NCBI GenBank assembly: GCA_027004715.1
Contig: JALTHG010000065.1
Location: forward strand, 1-58,857
DNA from: Deltaproteobacteria bacterium
GTDB lineage: Bacteria > Desulfobacterota > Dissulfuribacteria > Dissulfuribacterales > UBA3076
DNA: 58,857 nt
Reading direction: 5' to 3'
Under the pieces are notes generated by a model, which saw only the letters and a list, made by a program, of their open reading frames with translations, was not told the origin of the DNA and made no database searches. The translations under genes and the position numbers were made by a program. This document shows positions 30,380-40,745 of the stretch, piece by piece; the stretch's first letter is position 1, and each line of letters begins with the position of its first letter.

Positions 30380-31348
30380 TTAATCCTGGTCTCCAAGACC
30401 GTCTCTGACAGGTCCAAAGACCGCTGGGAAAGACCTGACAAATTCAGAGAGAAGGGCCAGCATGATCTCCCTCATTGAGGGGTCAGCGGCCTTTGATGTC
30501 CTGAGACGCAGTATATGCATCCACTCTTCGAGGCTGGCATGAACCATGATTTCGGTCTTACAGGAGTTCGGAAGTACGGTCCGAGCGGCCTGTGGAGAGC
30601 TGGTCTTGAGGAGCTCCAGATAGGTCTGTTCTGCACGGGACATCGCATCTAACCACAGCCCATATTCCCTGGATTCCTCTTTAAAAAAACATGGACGGAT
30701 GAATACTACCTCGCCCCCAAAACGGGCCTCACCATACCTGCAATAACGCTGAGACTCTTGAAGATACGAGGCAATTCTATGTCGTACCAACTCATGGGTA
30801 ACTGCCCTATTTACTGTCAGGTGTACCAGGAGCGTCCTGTGTCTGATAAGTCTTTCCAGGGGGAGTTGCATGATCTCCTCTGGTGTCAAGAGCCGAACCA
30901 TAAGGCCCTCCTGTGGCAGCCAGCCGCTGGAAGGGACCAGGTCACTGAATAAGACTGGATAGCGCTCTGCAAGCAGCCCTGATATGGCCTTCACGATCTT
31001 TAGATCGCTATGTCCCCTGGCAAGGTCCCTAAATGCCCTTGGATTTCCAGATAGCAGATATCTCCTGTCTTCCAGCCTGTCTACCTGACAGAATCTGGGT
31101 ATCCTCTCAAAGAATCTGTACATGCTGGACTCGCTGTCCACTGCTAACTCAAGCACTATCTGGGCCATCTCAAGGACAGATTCATGGCCCCGTTTTATTA
31201 TCCCCTTGATAAAGGGCTCAGCAGAGTCTGGGGATATCCTGTCTTCACTCTTGTAGCAGACCCGGCCACAGCGCTCTATCTGCTCAGCCAGTCTCCCCTG
31301 GCGGAAGTCCTCATCCAATACCTCAAAACACGGGTCTATAATCCTCAT
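30380..31348 (-). CDS. thyX: FAD-dependent thymidylate synthase ThyX homologue with a large internal insertion
   Basis: 322 aa with the ThyX signature VRHRIASYLQESQRY, GHESVLE, and C-terminal ARTVLPNS...LRLR. About 128 aa separate GHESVLE from RHR, versus about 20 in the ThyX I remember. Confidence 0.7.
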   Translation of the reverse strand: MRIIDPCFEVLDEDFRQGRLAEQIERCGRVCYKSEDRISPDSAEPFIKGIIKRGHESVLEMAQIVLELAVDSESSMYRFFERIPRFCQVDRLEDRRYLLSGNPRAFRDLARGHSDLKIVKAISGLLAERYPVLFSDLVPSSGWLPQEGLMVRLLTPEEIMQLPLERLIRHRTLLVHLTVNRAVTHELVRHRIASYLQESQRYCRYGEARFGGEVVFIRPCFFKEESREYGLWLDAMSRAEQTYLELLKTSSPQAARTVLPNSCKTEIMVHASLEEWMHILRLRTSKAADPSMREIMLALLSEFVRSFPAVFGPVRDGLGDQD

Positions 31349-31359
31349 AAAATACCTCT

Positions 31360-32787
31360 TTATCCCAAATAGAAGGCCTTGTATGCCCTGGCGCTCATGA
31401 AGAGATCGGCCTTATGGGCTATTTCAAAGGGTGAGTGCATATTGAGCAGCGGGGGACCTGCATCTATAATGTCTATGCCACGCTGGGCAAAATACTTGGC
31501 TACTGTACCCCCTCCCCCTTCATCTACCTTGCCCATCTCCCCTGCCTGCCAGAGTATGCCGCTACTGTTCCAGATACGTCTCAGCCAGTTGACATACTCG
31601 GCATGGGCGTCATTGGCCGAGTATTTCCCCCTTGAGCCAGTATATTTAGTAATGCAGATCCCATGTCCAATAAGGGCATCGTTGCGTTCTTCATGGACCT
31701 CCTTGTAATTGGGGTCTATGCCTGCAGTGACGTCTGCTGAAATGGCCTTTGAGACCATGAATATATCTACAAGGCCTTTTGCCTTTATAGGAGATCCACA
31801 GTGTCTCATGATATCATAGACTACTGCCTCAAAGAAGCTGGATTTGGCCCCTGTATTTCCATCACTGCCTATTTCCTCTTTATCGAGAAAGAGGGCAATA
31901 GCAGTGACTGGTGGTACCTCAAGTCCTAGAATAGAATTGAGACAGGCATATGCACAGGACCTGTCGTCCTGTCCGTAAGCGCCCACAAATGCCCTGTCAA
32001 GCCCTACATCCCTGGATGGACCTGCCGGGACTACCTCTAGCTCTGCACTTATCAGGTCTTCCTCTACAAGGCCATACCTCTCATTCAGGGCCTTTAAGAT
32101 CCTCAGCCTTACAGCATCCTTTACGTCTTCAGGCCCCAGGAGTGGGATACCCCCTATCAATACATTGAGTTTTTCTGCCGGTACGGCCTCTGAGACCTTC
32201 TTTTCGGTCTGGACCTTGTGGGCAAGGTGTGGCAGGATATCATTTATTGTAAATACTGGATCGTCAGGACCTTCTCCGAGTTCAATAGGAACTGTAGAGC
32301 CATCTCCCTTCACTACCAGGCCATGTATAGCAAGTGGACGGGCTACCCAATGGAACTTTTTGATGCCTCCATAGTAATGGGTCTTCAAAAAGGCCATCTC
32401 TTCCTCTTCATAGAGCGGGTTCTGCTTCAGGTCCAGGCGGGGAGAATCTATGTGTGAGGCAATTATCCTGATTTCCTCAGAGATAGGGGCCTTCCCTATC
32501 ACGGCAAGGGCAGCGGCCTTTGCCTTAAATGTCCATAGAAGCCGCCTGTCTTCTGCCTTGGCCTCTCTGACAGGCATGAACCCCATTTTCTGTGCCAGGT
32601 CTCTTATGGCCTTAACAGTCTCCCGTTCTGTCTTTGCCCTGTCTATAAATTCTCTGTAGCTATTGGCATATAAAAAGGCCTCTTTACGATCCTTTGCAGA
32701 GAGCCGAGGCCACACAGGCCTCTTAGGGCGACACAGACCCTTCTCAAGGCGTTTCCATTCGCTTTTAGAGAGGCGCTTCTCATTCAT
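31360..32787 (-). CDS. M18 family aminopeptidase (aminopeptidase 1 / aspartyl aminopeptidase-like)
   Basis: 475 aa with HIDSPRLDLK, AYGQDDRSCAY, DKEEIGSDGNTGA and MHSPFE patterns. Confidence 0.8.
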   Translation of the reverse strand: MNEKRLSKSEWKRLEKGLCRPKRPVWPRLSAKDRKEAFLYANSYREFIDRAKTERETVKAIRDLAQKMGFMPVREAKAEDRRLLWTFKAKAAALAVIGKAPISEEIRIIASHIDSPRLDLKQNPLYEEEEMAFLKTHYYGGIKKFHWVARPLAIHGLVVKGDGSTVPIELGEGPDDPVFTINDILPHLAHKVQTEKKVSEAVPAEKLNVLIGGIPLLGPEDVKDAVRLRILKALNERYGLVEEDLISAELEVVPAGPSRDVGLDRAFVGAYGQDDRSCAYACLNSILGLEVPPVTAIALFLDKEEIGSDGNTGAKSSFFEAVVYDIMRHCGSPIKAKGLVDIFMVSKAISADVTAGIDPNYKEVHEERNDALIGHGICITKYTGSRGKYSANDAHAEYVNWLRRIWNSSGILWQAGEMGKVDEGGGGTVAKYFAQRGIDIIDAGPPLLNMHSPFEIAHKADLFMSARAYKAFYLG

Positions 32788-34688
32788 TTTCTTCTCCTTA
32801 CTCTGGATTTAAGGGATATCACATTGCTTTCCCCTGGACAGACTGGTCTCATAGCAGGTCTCTCTATAGATAAGAGTGGCCGCACTCTATCACACCTTAC
32901 ACCACTCTTTCTGCAGACCTCAAAGATCCCCTCGATCTGGCTGTCTGGAGCCGACATAATGGACACAAAGACCCTCTGGATCCCATATCTCTTTATAATT
33001 ACAGGGATATCATCTCTGGTCCCAAGGACCTTAACCCCATGGATCGTCTGATTCTTTTTTGCTGGATCGTCATCTATAAAGCCCACTGGCAGGTAATCGT
33101 GCTGCATATTGCGCCTGAGTTCCCTCAAAAACAGGTCTCCTCCATCTCCTGCCCCTACTATGAGTATAGGTATAGAATTTTTGCGCTCAATCTGCAGGTT
33201 GAAATATTCCTTAAAGAGTCGCATAAGGAAACGGATTCCACCTACCATTATAGAGGTCAATATGGCATCATTGACAAATAAGGCCCTGGAATAGCCCTCA
33301 AAACGATAGAGATATACAAGGACCCCTAGAATAATCAGGGAGCTGACCACCACGGCCTTAAAGATCTGCCAGGTATCTTCAATGCTCACATATCTCCACT
33401 GTCCTCTATACAGGCCAAACATCCAGAGACAACAGAGCTTGATAGGGATGATCAGGGGGAGAGATTTTTCTATAAGCACCTGATTCCATGGACTGATCGT
33501 ACCTCCATATCGAAGGAGATAGGCACTCAGATAGGCAGCACTTATCAAGACCGTATCCACTATGGCCTGGACTATCTGCTTTTTGTTGAGTAGTAGAGAT
33601 AGGAGTGTGGACCGTCGTGCCAGATTATCTGAACTTCCCGCCCTCCCACCATAGACAATGCCATTCAGGTGAGTGAGGAAGACCCCAAAAAACAGGGAGA
33701 TCACTGCTACTATGCTCAAGACGACCAGGAGTCCCTGTGCACTGTGTCTTGATAGATAAAGAACTGTGGCAGATATGGTACCTGCCCATGCCATAAGTGT
33801 CAATACAGTCCTCTTCTCTGAATATCCAAGTAAGACCATACGGTGAGAGGTATGATCGCGTCCCCCCCTGGATATAGGTCTCCCAGTCTGGATCCTGGTA
33901 AATGATACAAGGGCGACGTCAAAGATCGGTATGATAAAGACGGCTATAGGGACTACTAATATCAGTACCAGGTTACTGACCCCCATATAGCCTCCATCTC
34001 CAGAGATTCCTGTTACCCAGGTGCCCATCACTGCCAGGCCAGCCAGTAGAGAGCCCAAAAACAGGCTCCCGCAGTCACCCATAAATATCTTGGCAGGGTT
34101 AAAGTTATATATCCAGAATCCAGCAGTTGCCCCTGCGAGCAGGATAGCCGACTGGCACAGGGGGCTTGAGTTCCCCATCTGGCCATATACCCAGAATGAA
34201 CAGGCAACTATAAACGTAATTCCGGCTGCCAGGCCATCCATATTGTCTAGTATATTGATTGCATTGGTTATAGCCACCAACCAGAAGAGGGTAATTATTA
34301 TAGACAGGTAGGGATGCCCTAGCCCCCGTATCTTCAGCCCTCCAGCCACCATAAGGCCAGAGATGATCAACTGCCCTATAAACTTGTTCTGGGGAATCAG
34401 CTCATAGATGTCATCTATCAGGCCCAATAGAAACATGGCAGTTGCTCCAAGGTCCAGGACAGACATAGGCACTGTAATCTTTTCAAGATACAGATTGGGA
34501 AGCATAAAGGAGAGAAACAGGGCAATGCCTCCCAGAAGAGCTGTAGGATGCCTGTGCCAACGGTCATCTCTGGGTTGGGCCATAAAGCCAATGCGTCTTG
34601 CAACCCAGATCATACATGGAGTCAAGACCACGCTCAGCCCAAATGAATAGAGGAAATATATACCTGTATTGAGCAATATGGCCAGCAT
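32784..34688 (-). CDS. Glycosyltransferase family 4 (MraY/WecA-like polyprenyl-phosphate hexose-1-P transferase) fused to extra TM helices and a C-terminal Rossmann/CoA-binding-like domain
   Basis: 634 aa. The N-terminal about 330 aa carry NAINILDNMDGLAAG and FMGDCGSLFLG. The C-terminal ILIVGAGDGGDLFLRELRRN...PVGFIDDDPAKKNQTIHGVKVLG...RVFVSIMSA resembles the N-terminal module of WbaP/PglF/CapD-type proteins. Confidence 0.7.
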   Translation of the reverse strand: MLAILLNTGIYFLYSFGLSVVLTPCMIWVARRIGFMAQPRDDRWHRHPTALLGGIALFLSFMLPNLYLEKITVPMSVLDLGATAMFLLGLIDDIYELIPQNKFIGQLIISGLMVAGGLKIRGLGHPYLSIIITLFWLVAITNAINILDNMDGLAAGITFIVACSFWVYGQMGNSSPLCQSAILLAGATAGFWIYNFNPAKIFMGDCGSLFLGSLLAGLAVMGTWVTGISGDGGYMGVSNLVLILVVPIAVFIIPIFDVALVSFTRIQTGRPISRGGRDHTSHRMVLLGYSEKRTVLTLMAWAGTISATVLYLSRHSAQGLLVVLSIVAVISLFFGVFLTHLNGIVYGGRAGSSDNLARRSTLLSLLLNKKQIVQAIVDTVLISAAYLSAYLLRYGGTISPWNQVLIEKSLPLIIPIKLCCLWMFGLYRGQWRYVSIEDTWQIFKAVVVSSLIILGVLVYLYRFEGYSRALFVNDAILTSIMVGGIRFLMRLFKEYFNLQIERKNSIPILIVGAGDGGDLFLRELRRNMQHDYLPVGFIDDDPAKKNQTIHGVKVLGTRDDIPVIIKRYGIQRVFVSIMSAPDSQIEGIFEVCRKSGVRCDRVRPLLSIERPAMRPVCPGESNVISLKSRVRRRK

Positions 34689-34695
34689 ATCAAGA

Positions 34696-35670
34696 TTAAG
34701 TCAATGTAACCCTGGATCGAAAGTATTCTATAGTCTTTTTAAGGGCCTCATCAAGGGGTGTCTGAGGCATAAAGCCTGTTAAGGCCTTGAGCTTTTGAGA
34801 CGATGGGACCCTGCGCATCATATCTTCAAAGTCCTTTCCATATACCTGCTCATAAGGTACGAGGACTATCTTGGACCTGCTCCCAACAATGGCCTTGATG
34901 CGCTCTGCAAGCTCCAGTATGGAGATCTCCTCTGTTCCACCTATATTTACTACCTCTCCAATTGCCTCTTTACATCCTATAAGTCGGCAGATGGCCTGGA
35001 TCACATCTACCACATATGTAAAGGTACGGGTCTGTTTGCCATCACCAAAGACAGTTATAGGCTCATCTCTCAAGGCCTGCTGTATGAATCTGGGGACCAC
35101 CATTCCATAGAGACCTGTCTGCCTGGGACCTATCGTGTTGAAACAGCGAAATACAGCCACCTTGAGCTTTTTGGTGCGATGATATGCGATGGCAGTAAAT
35201 TCATCTATGAGCTTGGAGGCTGCATAACTCCAACGTATCGTAGTAGGGGGGCCATAGATCAAGTTGTCGTCCTCTCTGAGAGGAGCATGCATGTGCTTGC
35301 CATATACCTCTGAAGTAGATGCTATGAGGATCTTTTTTTTGTATTTATTGGCCAATTTGAGTGCTATTTCTGTCCCACAGATATTGGTCTCTATAGAGGA
35401 AAGTGGGTTCTCTATGACATACTTGACCCCCACGGCAGCTGCAAGATGAACTATTACATCGCACTCTTGGACAAGAGACTCCATCCTGTCTCTATTTAGA
35501 ATGGTATCTATTATATAGTGGAAGCGCGGATTGTCTTGCAGTTGGGATATGTTGTCCAGAGAGCCCGTGGAAAGATTGTCTATTACCGATACATAATCTC
35601 CTCTGGAAATCAGATAGTCACATAGATTAGATCCAATAAAGCCTGCCCCACCAGTTACTAAGATCTTCAT
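34696..35670 (-). CDS. NAD-dependent nucleotide-sugar epimerase/dehydratase (extended SDR, UDP-glucuronate decarboxylase-like)
   Basis: 324 aa with VTGGAGFIGSNL, STSEVYG and YAASK (the YxxxK catalytic motif). Confidence 0.8.
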   Translation of the reverse strand: MKILVTGGAGFIGSNLCDYLISRGDYVSVIDNLSTGSLDNISQLQDNPRFHYIIDTILNRDRMESLVQECDVIVHLAAAVGVKYVIENPLSSIETNICGTEIALKLANKYKKKILIASTSEVYGKHMHAPLREDDNLIYGPPTTIRWSYAASKLIDEFTAIAYHRTKKLKVAVFRCFNTIGPRQTGLYGMVVPRFIQQALRDEPITVFGDGKQTRTFTYVVDVIQAICRLIGCKEAIGEVVNIGGTEEISILELAERIKAIVGSRSKIVLVPYEQVYGKDFEDMMRRVPSSQKLKALTGFMPQTPLDEALKKTIEYFRSRVTLT

Positions 35671-35804
35671 ATTGTGCTCTTTTCAGAACTTGGTCTTGTA
35701 CTTCTCAACAGCATCGGTCGCCAGAGTGATGCTGATCACTAAAAATCTACGTCATCTACCTTTTACTCACTAATCCTACAAAAGGCAAGGAGGCTATAGT
35801 TACC

Positions 35805-38219
35805 CTATTTGGAGCAGAAGCTCGCTTTCCAGGACTCAAGCGCATCGAGTCTGCAGGGAGTCACTATGGCCCTTTCTATCTGTCTTATCCTGTCACAGGC
35901 CATGTGACGCATTTCTTCTGCAGGCCTCTTCTTGTCCATTTTTTGATATATTTGGACTATGCGTCTATAACCAGGCCAGTATAGTCTATGCCTCTTCAAA
36001 AAAGAGGACCACATCGCGACCGCCTCTAAGAGATCGCCAGATTGTTCATAAGATAAGGCCAGTAGTAGTGGACATGCCTCTCCCTGCACCTTACAAAAAA
36101 ACGAATTGATGATCTCTTCAGGTGACGGGAGGTCCTCAGGAGATATCGAATTCTCTAGATAGGCCCCAGGGGATGGCATGTGTTTCCCATCTCCAACTAA
36201 CATGGGGATCAACCTGTTGTCTATATATAGAGTCCCAATGTCATCTTGAGGTCGAGGGGGTCTCCCGGTAATTATAGCCAGGTCTCGTGCCTCTGCCCTT
36301 GCCTCCCTCCACAGTCCATAGGCCATCAGACTGATCCACATTTCTGTATGGGCCTCTACGTGATCTGGTGACCAGCCTGTTATCTTTTGATAGAGGCTGA
36401 GTGCCTCTTCATACTTTCCTTCTAGCTCTGCAGCATGGCCCTCATATAAAGTCTCCTTCTCCCTGCCCCATCTCCAGTTATTGGCTATAGATACACTGGA
36501 GAGGACCCTCTCTGCCTCTGTGACCTTTCCCATATCCAGGAGCAGACGGGACTCATAGAGCTTGAGTCTTGCAGAAGAGGGATAGATTGCCAGGGCCTCC
36601 TCAATCCAACTGAGGGCCTCACCAGGGTCTTCCCTGAGACAGAGATTGGCCAGGGTCTCGATTGACCACAGGGACCTCCCCTCGGTCCAGGAGCATATCA
36701 GGACCCTCTTGGCCATATCTCTCTGACCAAGGTCCAGGAGCAATCTGATGCCTGCCTGCAAGAGGGTCCTCTCTTCTTCTCCACGCTCAGCCAGGCTGAG
36801 TATTGCCTGGTCGTAGAGGTCTCCTATAGCAGTATGTGGATTTAGATGGCCTGTAATTGTCTCAAGGGCAACATATGAGGCCAATATACTGGGGTCTTCA
36901 GATAGACTGCCCCCACTATTCAAGACCTTTCTGATCTCTTTTCTGTCTCCATTTTCCAGATAGCCGTTCAACAGGAGTCGCCTGTCCAGGATATTGGATC
37001 CCTCTGACCCATGAAGATCTCTGGTAATAATGACCTTTGCCCCATCAAAGTCCCCTGACTTCAGGAGTAGCCTGAGCAGATGCAGAGAGGTCTCTCTGTC
37101 AGGCCTGAGGAAAGAGACCTTTCCGTAGATAGATATGGCTGGTGCAAAGAGCTGGAGAGATTCATATGCGCGGGCCATAAATGTCAGCCCTTCTATATCG
37201 TCAGGCTCCTCTTTTACTAAGGTCTTAAATATCTGGATCGACTTAAGATATCTTCGTGAGGCAAAATAGAGCCGCCCTAATGTAGCCAGGAGCTTCCGAT
37301 TCAATATATCTGGACGACTCCTTAGCTCCCTCTCTAAGAGATCAATGGCCGACTGGATATCTCTGTCCATCAGATGCAGTCGGACGAGCTCGCCAATTGC
37401 CCAGGATGCATTATCTTTATTGGAGAGCCTCACAATCCTCCCAAGGACCTTCATGGCCCTATCTCTGTCTCCTACTGCCAATAGGGCCTTTGCATAACAG
37501 GATAGAAAGTTTGCATCATCTATATAGTGAGGCAGCAGGTCTGTGAAATATGGAAGAGATGCCTTTGCCTTTTTGGTGGCCAGGAGCTCGCGGGCGAGCA
37601 TAAATTCAAGGGCCTTGCGGTGTGGTTCAAGGGACAGGGCCTTGCGGAGGTAATATATGGATTCACTGTATCTCTTTGCGGATTCAAGACACACTGCGAG
37701 ATCTTCCTGGAGCCTCAGCAGAGATGTTGCCTTGGGGATATCTGGTCCAGTCCTGGGACTGCCAGGTATCTTCTCCTGGGCCTTGAGTGCTGCCTGGAGC
37801 CTTTTATAGGTGCTGATGGCCTTGTCACACTGGCCATAGTTGCTCAAGAGTCCTGTCAGTATAAACAGGGCCTGGAGATCGTTGGGTCTGGCCTCTACGA
37901 TGTCTTCAAGTTCCAATATGGCCAGTTTTTCTCTATTCGTCTGGATCAAGAGCAGTGCCAATTCCCATCTGGCCTCTATCAGGCCCTGACGTTTTTTTAG
38001 CAGCTCTCTATAGAGTGCTATAGCTCCCTCTAACTTATTCTTCTCTACCATCTCTCTGGCCCTATCCCAGACCAGTTGCCACGATGGAGAGACCACCTCA
38101 TGCGTCATCTGGATCCTGGACTCTGGGATATGGTTTTGATTGATTCCCACCAGATTTTGCCCCAGGGCCACCTCTGACAGAAAGATAAGGGTGAATATAC
38201 CTATGAAAATACCCTTCAT
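35805..38219 (-). CDS. Secreted tetratricopeptide-repeat (TPR) protein
   Basis: 804 aa with an N-terminal signal peptide (MKGIFIGIFTLIFLSEVALG) and many TPR-like A/L/Y helical repeats. No catalytic motif is recognised. Confidence 0.65.
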   Translation of the reverse strand: MKGIFIGIFTLIFLSEVALGQNLVGINQNHIPESRIQMTHEVVSPSWQLVWDRAREMVEKNKLEGAIALYRELLKKRQGLIEARWELALLLIQTNREKLAILELEDIVEARPNDLQALFILTGLLSNYGQCDKAISTYKRLQAALKAQEKIPGSPRTGPDIPKATSLLRLQEDLAVCLESAKRYSESIYYLRKALSLEPHRKALEFMLARELLATKKAKASLPYFTDLLPHYIDDANFLSCYAKALLAVGDRDRAMKVLGRIVRLSNKDNASWAIGELVRLHLMDRDIQSAIDLLERELRSRPDILNRKLLATLGRLYFASRRYLKSIQIFKTLVKEEPDDIEGLTFMARAYESLQLFAPAISIYGKVSFLRPDRETSLHLLRLLLKSGDFDGAKVIITRDLHGSEGSNILDRRLLLNGYLENGDRKEIRKVLNSGGSLSEDPSILASYVALETITGHLNPHTAIGDLYDQAILSLAERGEEERTLLQAGIRLLLDLGQRDMAKRVLICSWTEGRSLWSIETLANLCLREDPGEALSWIEEALAIYPSSARLKLYESRLLLDMGKVTEAERVLSSVSIANNWRWGREKETLYEGHAAELEGKYEEALSLYQKITGWSPDHVEAHTEMWISLMAYGLWREARAEARDLAIITGRPPRPQDDIGTLYIDNRLIPMLVGDGKHMPSPGAYLENSISPEDLPSPEEIINSFFCKVQGEACPLLLALSYEQSGDLLEAVAMWSSFLKRHRLYWPGYRRIVQIYQKMDKKRPAEEMRHMACDRIRQIERAIVTPCRLDALESWKASFCSK

Positions 38220-38265
38220 ATATCTCCATTATGACTGATATTTCAGGATATGGCTCAGATAAGGA

Positions 38266-38293
38266 TTGCGACAGCTATAACTGTTATTATAAT
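38266..38293 (+). promoter_or_regulatory. Candidate sigma-70 promoter for rpoZ-dnaJ... (TTGCGA-N16-TATAAT)
   Basis: Both hexamers are near consensus and the spacing is 16 nt. This would give a leader of about 120 nt before rpoZ. Confidence 0.45.
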
Positions 38294-38423
38294 AGTTGGA
38301 TTGGGCTGTCCAGTGTCTTGAACTAGATAGATGGCGAAATTTATATCTTTAAAGTAGACTATATCTCTTATTTATGGAAGATCTGCTCTGTATCTCTTTT
38401 AAATTTAAACTGGAGGATTCAAC

Positions 38424-38687
38424 ATGGCAAGAGTAACCGTAGAGGACTGCCTGGAGAATGTGCCCAGTCGTTTTGCATTGGTACACCTTGCAATCGAGAG
38501 GGTAAAACAGCTGCGCAAGGGCGCCCGTCCTTTGGTCAGGTGTAAAAACAGGGAGATAGTCCAGGCATTAAGAGAGATTGCTGCGGGTAAAGTGACTTTT
38601 GAGAACCTGGAAGACCTGGCCAAAGAGGCAGAGGAAAAACGGATTGCAGAGGCATTACAGCTAGACAAGAGCCAAGAAAAAGACTAA
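38424..38687 (+). CDS. rpoZ: DNA-directed RNA polymerase subunit omega
   Basis: 87 aa with [33 protein letters not shown]. Confidence 0.9.
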   Translation: MARVTVEDCLENVPSRFALVHLAIERVKQLRKGARPLVRCKNREIVQALREIAAGKVTFENLEDLAKEAEEKRIAEALQLDKSQEKD

Positions 38688-38711
38688 ATAGAGTTATTTT
38701 GGACATCAGCA

Positions 38712-39845
38712 ATGGAAAAAGACTACTATAAAATTTTGGGGGTTTCTCGAGATTCTTCACCTGAAGACCTCAAAAAGGCCTACCGGAGACTGGCCTTAAA
38801 GTATCATCCAGACAGAAATCCAGGAGATAAAGAGGCAGAAGAACGCTTCAAGGAGGCCGCTGAGGCATATGAGGTCCTCAGAGATCCTGAAAAGCGGCAG
38901 ATCTATGATCTCTATGGATATGAAGGGATAGCAGGGACAGGTTTTAGGGGGTTTTCCAGGCAGGAGGATATATTCAGTTCTTTTGGCAGCATATTTGAAG
39001 ACCTGTTTGGCTTTTCTACTGGCCCTAAGGGCCGAGATACATTCAGAGGACCAGAGCCAGGTGCAGATCTGAGATATGACCTGGAGGTATCCTTTAAAGA
39101 TGCCGCCAGAGGAGCAGAGACAGAGATTGAGATTGTACGTCTTGAGTCCTGTCCTGACTGCAGGGGGACGGGCTCGGCCAGTAGGAGCAGGCCCAGCGTC
39201 TGTCCCACCTGTGGGGGGACAGGACAGGTAGTCAGATCAGAGGGCTTTTTCAGGGTCTCAACTACCTGTCCACGCTGTTCAGGGACTGGGATGGTCATCT
39301 CAGACCCATGTAAGACCTGTCAGGGTCAGGGAAGGGTCCGCCAACGGCACAGGGTCAGGGTACGTATCCCTGCAGGCGTAGATACAGGTTCCAGATTGCG
39401 TTTGAGAAATGAGGGAGAGGCCGGAGTCAGGGGCGGCCCTAGAGGTGACCTCTATATAGTACTGCACGTAAAACCGCACAGGTTTTTCGAACGCCATGGC
39501 AATGATATATACTATCGTTTACCTATCTCTATCGTCCAGGCCTCTCTGGGAGATGAAGTCGAAATACCTACTCTTGATGGCCATCATACACTAAAGATCC
39601 CTGCAGGGATCCAGACAGGGGAACAACTCAGATTGAGGGGGCTCGGTGTCCCTGACCTCAGGGGATTTGGAACAGGAGATGAGGTCGTGGAAGTCAGGGT
39701 TATGACCCCGACAAAACTGACTGAACGCCAGGAGGCCCTGCTCCAGGAATTTGCTGCTATAGAAAAAGAGAAAAAAGATAGAGGTTTTTTCCACAAGATC
39801 TTTAGACACAATCGCTCACAGGATAGCCCTTTTAGGAGGGCTTAG
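38712..39845 (+). CDS. dnaJ: Molecular chaperone DnaJ (type I: J domain, G/F region, four CxxCxG zinc motifs)
   Basis: 377 aa with [16 protein letters not shown] and [32 protein letters not shown]. Confidence 0.95.
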   Translation: MEKDYYKILGVSRDSSPEDLKKAYRRLALKYHPDRNPGDKEAEERFKEAAEAYEVLRDPEKRQIYDLYGYEGIAGTGFRGFSRQEDIFSSFGSIFEDLFGFSTGPKGRDTFRGPEPGADLRYDLEVSFKDAARGAETEIEIVRLESCPDCRGTGSASRSRPSVCPTCGGTGQVVRSEGFFRVSTTCPRCSGTGMVISDPCKTCQGQGRVRQRHRVRVRIPAGVDTGSRLRLRNEGEAGVRGGPRGDLYIVLHVKPHRFFERHGNDIYYRLPISIVQASLGDEVEIPTLDGHHTLKIPAGIQTGEQLRLRGLGVPDLRGFGTGDEVVEVRVMTPTKLTERQEALLQEFAAIEKEKKDRGFFHKIFRHNRSQDSPFRRA

Positions 39846-39862
39846 CCCTATAAAGTTGGAAT

Positions 39863-40369
39863 ATGTTAAGAGAAAGAGGCACCTTGGACAGAAATCCATT
39901 CTCTCATCTTGATGAAAGGGGACGGGCCCGCATGGTAGATGTGAGTCTGAAGCCTGAGACACAACGTGAGGCACTTGCCACAGGATATGTAGTATTGGGA
40001 GATAAGGCCCTGAGTCTCCTTACTGAGGCCAGGATCCCAAAGGGCGATGTCTTGAGCGTGGCCAGGGTGGCAGGGATCTTGGGGGCAAAAAAGGTAGAGG
40101 CATTGATTCCACTCTGTCACCCCCTGCCCCTTCAGGATGTAGAGATCGACTTTAGGACAGATCAGGAGAAGGGTGCTATAGAGATCTCGGCGCGGGTAAA
40201 GGCAAGGGGAGTAACTGGCGTAGAGATGGAGGCACTGACCGCGGTATCTGTTGCCGCTCTGACTATCTACGATATGTGTAAATCAGTAGAAAAGGGTATA
40301 ATTATCAAAGAAATACGCTTGGAATACAAGGCTGGTGGAAAGAGTGGGAAATGGACAAGAAAGGTCTAA
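39863..40369 (+). CDS. moaC: Cyclic pyranopterin monophosphate synthase accessory protein MoaC
   Basis: 168 aa with MVDVS.K..T.R.A, LIPLCHPL and GVEMEALTAVSVAALTIYDMCK. Confidence 0.9.
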   Translation: MLRERGTLDRNPFSHLDERGRARMVDVSLKPETQREALATGYVVLGDKALSLLTEARIPKGDVLSVARVAGILGAKKVEALIPLCHPLPLQDVEIDFRTDQEKGAIEISARVKARGVTGVEMEALTAVSVAALTIYDMCKSVEKGIIIKEIRLEYKAGGKSGKWTRKV

Positions 40370-40382
40370 GGAGATCACCAAA

Positions 40383-40745
40383 ATGGAACATGCCCAGCAA
40401 GAATATTTTCGTAGGCTACTCCAGGAAAAACTCAAAGACCTCTTGGGGGAGGCAGACAAGACCCTGGAAGAGATGACAGATATGGATGACCACTTTCCAG
40501 ATCCAACAGACCGAGCATCTGTGGAATCAGACCGAAGCTTTGAGCTACGTATCAGAGATAGAGAAAGGAAGCTCATAAAAAAGATCAAGACGGCCTTAGA
40601 AAAGATTGACAGGGGCACCTATGGTATCTGTGAGAACTGTGGTAAGGAGATAGGGATTGAGCGACTGAAGGCAAGGCCTGTTACTACTCTCTGCATCGAG
40701 TGTAAATCCAGGCAGGAGCAAGAGGAAAAGGCTAGAGGGATATAA
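40383..40745 (+). CDS. dksA: DksA/TraR family C4 zinc-finger RNA polymerase-binding regulator
   Basis: Coiled-coil N-terminus with acidic tip (DPTDRASVESD) and zinc finger CENCGKEIGIERLKARPVTTLCIECK. AAGGAG lies 7 nt before the ATG at 40383. The ORF-track start at 40335 overlaps moaC. Confidence 0.8.
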   Translation: MEHAQQEYFRRLLQEKLKDLLGEADKTLEEMTDMDDHFPDPTDRASVESDRSFELRIRDRERKLIKKIKTALEKIDRGTYGICENCGKEIGIERLKARPVTTLCIECKSRQEQEEKARGI

